Assembly: GCA_947493175.1 (NCBI GenBank) | Contig: CANLQD010000001.1 | Span: forward strand, 776,748-840,747 | Origin: an uncultured Flavobacteriaceae bacterium | GTDB lineage: Bacteria; Bacteroidota; Bacteroidia; Flavobacteriales; Flavobacteriaceae | Direction of reading: 5' to 3' | DNA: 64,000 nucleotides | Shown here: one piece after another, positions 1 through 9,000 of the stretch | Position numbering within the stretch: the stretch's first letter is position 1 | How the letters are laid out: every line of letters starts with the position of its first letter | Notes under the pieces: generated by a model | Told to the model about the DNA's origin: nothing | The model's input: only the letters and a program-made list of their open reading frames with translations | The model's database searches: none | Program-made: the position numbers and the translations under genes

Positions 1-2336
1 TGTCTCGAAAAACCCGCGAGGATGCGTAAGCGCTCCTCGGGAAAGTCTTCCGGTATGAGTCTCCTTTGAAGACTTTCAAAATCGAATTGCTCCTCCTGGG
101 TGGCTACATATCCGGCCTCGTTCCCGTAGACGGCCAGCAGCGACTGCTCGCATTCGGCACAACTTACGAAACAACCATCTTCCACATCGGGGAAGGGTTC
201 AGCCAATTCCGGGTTAATATAGCAATCCTCGGCGGGATCCATCAATTTCGCGATATAGGCATCGGCATATTCCTCCAAGGTGTCAGGATTCACGACCAAA
301 TTCTTCACAATGCTAAAAGCACCCCTTGAGAGGTTCAGCTCAAAATCGGAGGGGTCAAAATTGGCCCTATCCGTGATATAAGAAGCCCCATTGGCATCCA
401 GTACATCTACGAACAAATCATACTCGACGGCCCCTGTGAAGCATTCGAAGGTAAAATCGGTCTGCGCCAACGTATAGCGAAAAGTTCTTCGTTCATCAAA
501 AGGAGCCTGCTTGGTACCGGTGTAGACCAGCGCATCTTCCAATGCACCGAACGTCTGGGTTGCCGATCGGCGGTTGTTATCGGCCTTCGTATCCGAATCG
601 GTCGCCCTTCTCTTTCCTAACAGATCTGCGGTCACGTTGAGATGCAAAGCGGCATTTGTTTCATCTTCCAACGGGTCCAGGTTTGCGGGGGCATCCCCTA
701 ATAAAGCGGTAGCAATGGTGCGCCCCTGCGGATCTATATAGCTAACACTGCGTTGACCGTTGGGATCAATGACCATATTCTTTTTATAGTGTTGGCCGTA
801 CCCTACACTATACCCGAACAAGCGGTTCAGCTCCTTTTGTTCCGGGGTGCCATAATAGTACTCCATTTCATGGGTACTCCCCAGCTTATGGGTGACCCCT
901 ACCCCACTTTTACGGCGAATGCGCCCGGTATTGTCGGGCGTGTACTCAATCTGCGAAAAGGGGTATGCCGCCGCATTTGGAATACGTGCCTTAAAAGGTT
1001 CGTCCACATCGTTTTGATCGGAATAGTATTGGCTCGCACCGCTCTGGGTAGCCATTCCCTTGTCGGCAGTGGCATCGTCCAAAATATTTTGAGCGTCAAA
1101 ATCGAAATCCCGAAAGGTATAGACCTCCCCGGCACTGTTTCGGTTAAAGGGGCTGGCCCCATTGTCAAAATCCCCCAAATAGTCAATGGCAGAAGCGGTG
1201 GCAGTCGAGACAGGCACTGGCAATACTTCCACTGCTGGGCGTCCCTGAGCATCATAGATGACCTCCCCGACGATGACATGATCATCCGAATTTATCTTGG
1301 TGACCGTTTGTCGGTTGCGAAGCGTTCCGTCAAAATAGCTGACCACCTCTTTTTTCTTACCATCCTCGGCATAGGACGCCTGAAACTGCCAGTTTTTGTT
1401 CTCTTGATGATCCGAGTTCAACACGTACACCCGGTTCCAATCATCGAGGGTTATGGCCTGATTGTCTTCTCCATCACTCCAGGGACCAAATACATAGCTT
1501 TTCAGGTCTTCTGGACTGATTCCCACTGCTCGGACTCGATATACCAAATACCCTTTGGAATATATTAAGGGAATGGTGTATTGGGTACCTGTGGTCTGTA
1601 CCCGGGTACTATTTCCTTCAAAATCCCTTTTGGTAAAAGGGATGGTCGTCGGTGCCCGCATGGGTCCGTCGTAATTATCGGCATTACCATCGTAGCCGTC
1701 GATCCAAGTCCATTCCACATCATAGGAAATAGCACCGTCCTGGGCAGACCAGTTCAGTTCCAACTCTTTTCCGGAAGCGTTGGCGCTCGCTACCGAGACA
1801 TTGGGGGGGAACGCCGTGTCCAAGATTTCATAACGATCGGCGGTAAAACCGATTTCGAGCATCACATTCACCGGAACCGTGGTATTGGACACCGAATTGT
1901 CAGGGAGGGTGGTATAGGTACCTCCCACAACTTGAACCCGCGCCCCGTAGGCTCCCATAAATACTTGTTTACCGATATCGACAGATAGGCTCCCGGCCCC
2001 TGCAATCGTATTATTTTCCACGGTTAAAGTAATATTCGAGGGCGTTCCGGTAAACGAACCGTCGGCCGCCGCGGGAACGATGTTCAATTCCAAGGCATAA
2101 GAGTACCAATCACTTACCGGAACCTGCGGATCTAGCAAAAGGCTTACATGGGCCATGGGATTTCCATTGACCAAGCCAGAACGGTCCAAATTAGGCGTCA
2201 CATATTGTAGGGTGGCATTGGTAACCAACTGGGTGTTGTCGAAAATGACGCTTTCCTGAGCGTAGAAGAACCCCATCCATAGAAAAAGGCTACAGCATAT
2301 TCCATTTCGTAGTTGCGCGATGGTCTTTATTGGCAT
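1..2336 (-). CDS. N-terminal part of a giant secreted RHS/YD-repeat protein (DUF6443-like entry motif, FN3-like domain); runs off the left edge
   Basis: Not in the ORF track because it has no stop in the window. Translated by hand from ATG at 2336 (MPIKTIAQLRNGICCSLFLWMGFFYA|QESVIF...), and the same frame reads through to base 1 (...LIPEDFPEERLRILAGFSR). Contains KKEVVSYFDGTLRNRQTVTKINSDDHVIVGEVIYDAQGRPAVEVLPVP (~1210-1380) and VIDPNGQRSVSYIDPQGRTIA (~715-800), both YD/RHS-like. Also an FN3-like LELNWSAQDGAISYDVEW...YRVRAVG segment. Confidence 0.8.
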   Translation of the reverse strand, partial: MPIKTIAQLRNGICCSLFLWMGFFYAQESVIFDNTQLVTNATLQYVTPNLDRSGLVNGNPMAHVSLLLDPQVPVSDWYSYALELNIVPAAADGSFTGTPSNITLTVENNTIAGAGSLSVDIGKQVFMGAYGARVQVVGGTYTTLPDNSVSNTTVPVNVMLEIGFTADRYEILDTAFPPNVSVASANASGKELELNWSAQDGAISYDVEWTWIDGYDGNADNYDGPMRAPTTIPFTKRDFEGNSTRVQTTGTQYTIPLIYSKGYLVYRVRAVGISPEDLKSYVFGPWSDGEDNQAITLDDWNRVYVLNSDHQENKNWQFQASYAEDGKKKEVVSYFDGTLRNRQTVTKINSDDHVIVGEVIYDAQGRPAVEVLPVPVSTATASAIDYLGDFDNGASPFNRNSAGEVYTFRDFDFDAQNILDDATADKGMATQSGASQYYSDQNDVDEPFKARIPNAAAYPFSQIEYTPDNTGRIRRKSGVGVTHKLGSTHEMEYYYGTPEQKELNRLFGYSVGYGQHYKKNMVIDPNGQRSVSYIDPQGRTIATALLGDAPANLDPLEDETNAALHLNVTADLLGKRRATDSDTKADNNRRSATQTFGALEDALVYTGTKQAPFDERRTFRYTLAQTDFTFECFTGAVEYDLFVDVLDANGASYITDRANFDPSDFELNLSRGAFSIVKNLVVNPDTLEEYADAYIAKLMDPAEDCYINPELAEPFPDVEDGCFVSCAECEQSLLAVYGNEAGYVATQEEQFDFESLQRRLIPEDFPEERLRILAGFSR

Positions 2337-2357
2337 CTGTCTTGAGTATTTTCTTGG

Positions 2358-3080
2358 TTATTCGTTTTTTTTGCTTTGGTCTATAAGGCGATAGGCGGTA
2401 TAGGCATCGGCCGCTTTCCGTTGTCCCGAGGATTCCGTAATAAAATCCTCCAAACGCATTTCGGTTATCGTTTCACCAATACGATGTTTTAGATCGATGA
2501 CCAAACGGCCATAGTCTTGCTCGGTATCGCCATTCTTATTGGTAAATGGTATGGGGGTCGAGAAAAAGAGTATTTGTTTATTGATACGGTAATCGTCCTT
2601 ATTAATGTGAAGAACTACCTTCCCATAAGGCAGCTGGGAAAAGGTATTGTTCTCCGGGACCATTTCACAGATATATTCGTTTCCGGAATTAATCAGTTGT
2701 GTCTTTTTAAAATATTGGAGATAGACTGTAAGGTCTACCGGCGTTTCCTGTGCCGCGCCTTCTTTGAAAGATTCGTAGGTCATGGTCTTTTGGTTTTCAT
2801 CCAATACAATTTTCGCCTGGGGAAAAAGGTATACCGTGGTTTCACGTGCTTGGTTCCGCTGAAAACGACCTTTTTTTTCAAAAGTGCCCTCATAAGTTTC
2901 AACGGCCATCGTACTTTCAAAACCACGGTGCAGCCCAAATGATATCGCGACCTTATACTCCGAAAGTCCTTTGTAAAACGTACTAGACTTTTGCAGGATA
3001 CTCCCAACGGTTTCTTCTTGGGCGACCAAGGATGAAAACATGAAAGCAAATAGCAATGCCGTTATCGTTTTTCTATTCAT
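2358..3080 (-). CDS. Periplasmic LolA-like (lipoprotein carrier fold) protein
   Basis: 240 aa with signal peptide ending LVA|QEE. Pattern of N-terminal helix, then F.....YEGTFEKKG, then KIVLDENQKTMTY resembles LolA-family proteins. TAATG overlap with the upstream giant gene at 3080. Confidence 0.55.
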   Translation of the reverse strand: MNRKTITALLFAFMFSSLVAQEETVGSILQKSSTFYKGLSEYKVAISFGLHRGFESTMAVETYEGTFEKKGRFQRNQARETTVYLFPQAKIVLDENQKTMTYESFKEGAAQETPVDLTVYLQYFKKTQLINSGNEYICEMVPENNTFSQLPYGKVVLHINKDDYRINKQILFFSTPIPFTNKNGDTEQDYGRLVIDLKHRIGETITEMRLEDFITESSGQRKAADAYTAYRLIDQSKKNE

Positions 3081-6000
3081 TATCGACTACCGTTTAATTT
3101 TGAATTTCCCGATCGTGTTTCCTGTATGGTATAAATACCTCGTTCGGTCTCTTTTTTGACCCGTACCAAACCTCCTTCGGTATCATACTCGTAGTACGTG
3201 GCGTAGTTGTTCTCGTCCAACTCAGCCTGTAATCGCTGAGTAACTGGATTATAAACGAATGATTTTACGTTGCTATCGATCGGGTGCATACGTACATCGT
3301 CAAAATAGGCATTGGTACCATCTAAATCGGTTATGAGGTTCATTCGCATATAGGCAGCCTGCGCAGGAATGCGGAACACATTGGATATGCGTTGCCAACC
3401 ATCGATAACCGCCCCTTTGGGCTCTAACACCCGTTCGGTATCCGCAAGGTTTATGGGATTGCCATCGATATCCTTGTATTCTAACTGTATCGAAGTATTG
3501 TCATAGTTGATTACGGAGTAATCCGGATTTTCGATGTAATCAAAAATCTCGGTAGTGCCTTCTATTCCTGAATTGGCGGCTCCGTCGGTATCGTAGTTCG
3601 CATAGGTACCTTTTAAGACGGAATCCTCTGGGAGATCAAGCAAAAAACTGGAATTAACTCGTAGGCGATCGCCCGGGATAATACTCACACTATGATGTTC
3701 GATTTCGAGATTTTCGTAGTTTAAGATTGGATAGTTATACCCGAGTCCAAAATCGAGTGGTATTCCAAAAATGCTGCCAAAAGATAGTACTACTTGTGGG
3801 GTACGATACTCCATACGATTGGTCCCCGATGGGTCAAGGGCAAAGGAGTACCCTATACTACGCTCCAACCCATCAATATTTTCCTTCTCAAACCTGAAAT
3901 CGTAAACGGTGACGTTGTTCCCGGCAAAATCTTTGAGATAGGGCAGCACAGCACTCATATCTAGCTCGGGGAACAGATCTTTTACCACAAATTGGCTCGG
4001 TATTTCCAGTACTTCACCTACAATAGTGTTGGTGAGACTATTGAACAAGGCCAGTACCGCCTCCTTGGCCGAATCATCGAGATTAAACTCTATGGTCCCC
4101 GCAGGTTGAGCAGTCAATGCTTCTTCACGTACCCAACCGCTAACGACATATTCACGACCGGGCTGCGGTACGAATTTGATGCAGGTAACCAAATCGGGTT
4201 CGGTTATGTCGTCTAACTCCACAGTAATCGCCAAAACCCTGAGCCCGGCACAAAGGCCCTCATCAATTCGGGCGTAGTAGGTATTACCGGCGGATAAGTT
4301 AGTGGTCTCGAAATAGGGCGAACCGCCAAAGGCCTGATTGTACCAAACGGTAGATTCATCCAAGCGATAATAGGTGGTAATATCAGAAACCGTGCTGCCA
4401 TCGGGAAATAGCACGTCCCATTCGTAAATTTTAGCATTGGCTTCTTCATCTATGACCGATACGCGTACCGGTAATCGATTCTCACTAAAATCGCTTCCAT
4501 TGGTCTGCACCGCATAATAGGTGGCCCCATTGACCAAGAGATCGGCACCATTCAAAGGAGAACCCCCTTCGGAAGAATCGTACCAGTCTATGGTATAGGC
4601 CGGATTCGTGGGTTGCATGGCCAAATTATCTACGGTAGGTTCCGCCGAACTACAGAATTCCTGAAATGTGCTACCGATTGGGACGGGTATTTCGATATTG
4701 ACCAATACCGGTACCCGGCAAAAATTACCATCCTGTGCGGCATAATACACCTGTTCGTCGGTTAAAGAGGTGTTCAACGGTAATTCTACGCTATCGAAAA
4801 AAGAACTGTGCCAGGTGATGTTGATTCCTGTAACCGTTACATCGGCCAAGGTAGGGTTTTCATTCAAGTCAAAAGTCTGGTATTCCAACGCCTCCGGAGC
4901 GCCTAGGTCAAAAATAACTTCCACGGCAATTCGAGAGCCCGAACCGCTGTCTGCCCAAAGGATGGGTTCCAAATCGTACAATATATCGGAAGTGCTATAG
5001 GGGATCCCTCCTACGGGATCGGCATACCAAAATGTAGAAGAGCCCTGAGGCGGTGCCAAATCACCAACGATTGGCGGGTTATCCTCCGCATTGTTACAGA
5101 ACACCTGTGTTTCAATACCATAACATGCGGTAGTGAAAGGGTCGGTTGGTTTTTCGTAGACTCGCACCCCGTCCAACAACATATACACAGGATAGGAGTT
5201 TGAGGGATCATTTGCGGTAGCCTGCGGAGCAAATCGAAGGGTGGTTGAACCTGCCGAGGCCGTAAACTCCAACAAGGCCCTTTGCCAGCGAACATTTCGG
5301 GTACTCGCCGTCATCGGGTTCGATTCCAACTGTTCCCCCGATGCCTGTACCTCCCAAGAACCAAAAGCTTGGTCTACTATTCGAGTGTCCAATAAATTAG
5401 TAGCGTTTGCCTGGTAAAATTGAACGACATAGGTAGTTCCCGGCACCAATCCGTTGACCGTAGTGGTAATGGCCTCAGCGGTATTACCAACCCTGAGGGC
5501 ACCAAAACAGTTGCCCCCGTCGGGTGATGCCATAAAACTATTGAAAAGATAAGGGTCCCCGCTATTTACGAATGGCGTAGCAAATGTGTCAGGATCTCCC
5601 TGGGCCACAGACCATCCGGAGACTTCAAAGGTAGCGTTTCTAGCTTGAGTACTGGCCCCTACCGCTGTTTCAAAACTTCCGTCGGCGATGCTCGATAAGA
5701 GGTCGGTACATTCAGTCGCTGGGGTACATGTTTCAGTAGTTGAAATGGTTTCGGTCGTCTGGTCGGTGCCATCGGTGTCTTGCCAAGCTATTTGTACCGT
5801 ATTATCACCTACTTCCGTATTGGTGGTAAAACGAGTAATCCCCGGTGCCGCCATAAGCGTTCCCGATTGTGAGGTTCCGACCACCTGCCAATTGATCGGG
5901 ACATTTTGGCCATTCGGATTGTTGACTTCCCAATTGCGAAGATTCGTCGGGTTGTCAGAACAAGTAGCGACCAATGAAAGGGCATCCAAGGGAAGAAGCA

Positions 6001-9000
6001 CCCGCTCCAAGAGATTGATTTTTCTTCTGGTGAGCTGTAGCACATCAATGACTGTATTGGAAGCTACAAACCAATACTCCCCTGTATCCGCTACCGGGTC
6101 AAAATCGGTGATGGTCAGGCTACTTCCTGTTTCACCGGGTATCTCAACCCCATCTTTGTACCAGACATAGGTATTATTGGGACTCGAAAGATCTTCCGTT
6201 CCGAGGGTGACATCATCATTTTCCAATACTCGGATGGTTTCCTGCCGGTCTACCAAGGCTTGGGGGTCGTAGGTAAAAATATCCAGTCCGTTTAGATAAG
6301 CAGGATATTCCGCTTCAAAATTGCTGAACACAAAATTATTGTACTCAATAGCCACCTCGGTGTTCGCCACATTGAAATCAGGAATCAATAGCGGGATGTC
6401 ACCTCGAAAGGCATTGTTGTTCAAGCGCACACTACGTAAGGCAGGAATGGTCGAAATTGTTTCAGGAAGTTCCCCGCCGAAATCGTTGTTGGCCAACCAA
6501 AACTCCTCCAACTGGGAGAGATTACCTATGGCACTGGAAATACTTCCGTTCATCTGGTTGTTGGAAACATTGAATCGAATAAGCCCAGGAATACTATAAA
6601 GACTGGTTGGAATACTCTGGACCAATTTGTTATCATTGGCATCAAAATACTGAAGTTGTTGCATGCCCCCCATAGTATCGGGAAGGGCACCGGCAATACG
6701 GTTGTTGGCAATGTCAAATTCGCTTAAGGCGGAAAGGTTTCCGACGGATAATGGAATGGCTCCGACCAGAATATTATCGTTCAGCAGCAAGTACTGCAAA
6801 TTCGCCAAAGCCCCTATGTTATCGGGTATTTGACCAATGATGCTATTTTGCTGTAAATCTATCGATGTTAAAGAGCCCAACTGTGAAAGGCTATTGGGTA
6901 TTTCTCCTCGTAACCCATTGTTGGCAAGGGCTAGACCTGTAACATTGGCATCTACGTCTGTTACGACCCCATACCAATCGCAGACGGGAGCGCTTGTATT
7001 CCAATTGGTGTTAACGGTCCAATTTGGCCCATCGAGGGCATTGTACAAGGCAATCAATGCGTTCCGTTCCAAATCGGAAACCCCACAGGCATCATTCCCG
7101 GCACTGACCTCTAACATGATCATTTCCCTCTCAAGATCAAGACCGGTGACAACACTGTTGGTAGCAGAAAAGTGGTATCCTCCATTATCCGTGGTGGTCA
7201 CATTGGAGAGTATCAGGTCTTTATTCGTTTCACCATCAAGTGGCAATCCGTCTTTAAACCATTGATATTGGTTGTTACTACTGTTCAACACGGTACTTGA
7301 AAGTGTGATGGTTTCACCTGCTTCTGCAGTTTGCTGCTCAGCTTCATCCACATTTGCCTGTGGTGAAAAAGTGAAATTGGCACCTAACTGTCCAAAGAGT
7401 GTCGTGAAGTCCGATTCTAAATCTGTAAAAATGTATTTGTTATTCTCAAGCGCAAGTTGATTAAGGCTTAGAATACCTGTAAAACGCCCTGAAATAAAAC
7501 CACTTAGGTCGTTTCCTGAGAAATCTACCCTTTCTAGCGAAGGAAAAGCGGCAAAAACATCCGGTAGGTTTCCATTGATATTATTATTTGGCAATACGAT
7601 TTCAGTAACGGAATTGTCTACCACCGTTACCCCGTACCAGTCACAGACCAACGAATTGGTATTCGTAATACCCCATATTTGATTACTCGCAGTAGTATTG
7701 TTCCAATTGGCCCCTCCTGTTGCATTGTATAATGTAATTAACGCCTGACGTTCCGATTGATTTACGTCACAGGTGGTTATCACGTTCAAGGTAATCGAAT
7801 TCCGGGTCAACTCAAGCCCTTGTACGGTGCTATTGGAGGCAATGAAGTAATAGGTGCCAGCATCTTCGGCCGTTGCATCCTCAATAAGCAATTCATTGCC
7901 GACCGCATCTGGAATTACCTCATCGGGACTGCTAGCCTTGTACCAGACATAGCTATTGTTAGAACTATTGAGATCGGTCGAAAGGGTAATATCGTTTCCT
8001 AGGGTCACAGATACCGTACTTTCGGTATCTGTATTAGCCTGAGGTGTGTATTCATAAGTAGCCAAAGTACCTGTATAGCCATTGTGTCGCGATTCGAAAT
8101 CGGAAAAGATAAAACGGTTATTTTGGAAGGTGAAAAGCGTTAGGCCTGAATTGGTACCCGAAAAGGGTATAGAACCCGACAACTGATTGTTTTGTACAGC
8201 TATCTCTCTAAGGTTGCCCAATCGGGTCAGTTGGGATGGCAACCTTCCAGTAAGCTGATTGTTTGAAAGATCCAGGCGAACCAAGCTGGCCATCAGTTCA
8301 AACTGTGTCGGTATACTTCCAAAAAGTCCATTATTGGACAGATTCAAATCGGTTACATTTGTAAGGTTACAAAATGAAATTGGGATTTGGCTTTCCAAGT
8401 TGTTGTTAGACAAGTCCATTCTCGTCAGGTTTGATAAGCTGCCCAACGCTGGGGGCAGCTCCCCGGTCAAGCCATTATTGGGAAGAAGCAATACATCCAG
8501 ATCCAATAGCGAACCCAAAGAAGGCGGCAATCCCCCCTGAATACCGTTATTACTTAAATCCAATAGGTTCAAATCGATCAAGTTCCCGATGCTTTCGGGC
8601 AATGTACCGATAACATTGTTGTTGGGTAATTGAATATTGACCAATTCGCCATCTACGACCGTAACACCAAACCAATCACAAACAGGAACTTCGGTATTCC
8701 AGTTGGTACTATTGACCCATGTAGTACCTCCGGTCGCATTATAAAAATCAACAAGGGCCTGTCTTATCGTATCGGAAACACCACAAGGTGCAAGTTCGGA
8801 ATTGAGGGTCCAATTACCACTGGGCTTCTCACATTGCTGGCGGGTCTCAGCTCCTGAATCGGCGAAGCCGTCTTCGTTTTCATCCGCATACCAAATGGTA
8901 TCCGGGTTATAAAGCTGCCCGTCTGCTGCGGGATCGTCGTTACAATCATCTACAGGTAGTACGGTATTCGTGTATCCTGCCCCGGGCGATCCACAGTTGG

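Noticed and set aside
3824-3835. DPSG in the 2534-aa protein as an RHS autocleavage site
   Set aside because: Lacks the upstream Pro of PxxxxDPxG and the RHS-core context; likely chance.
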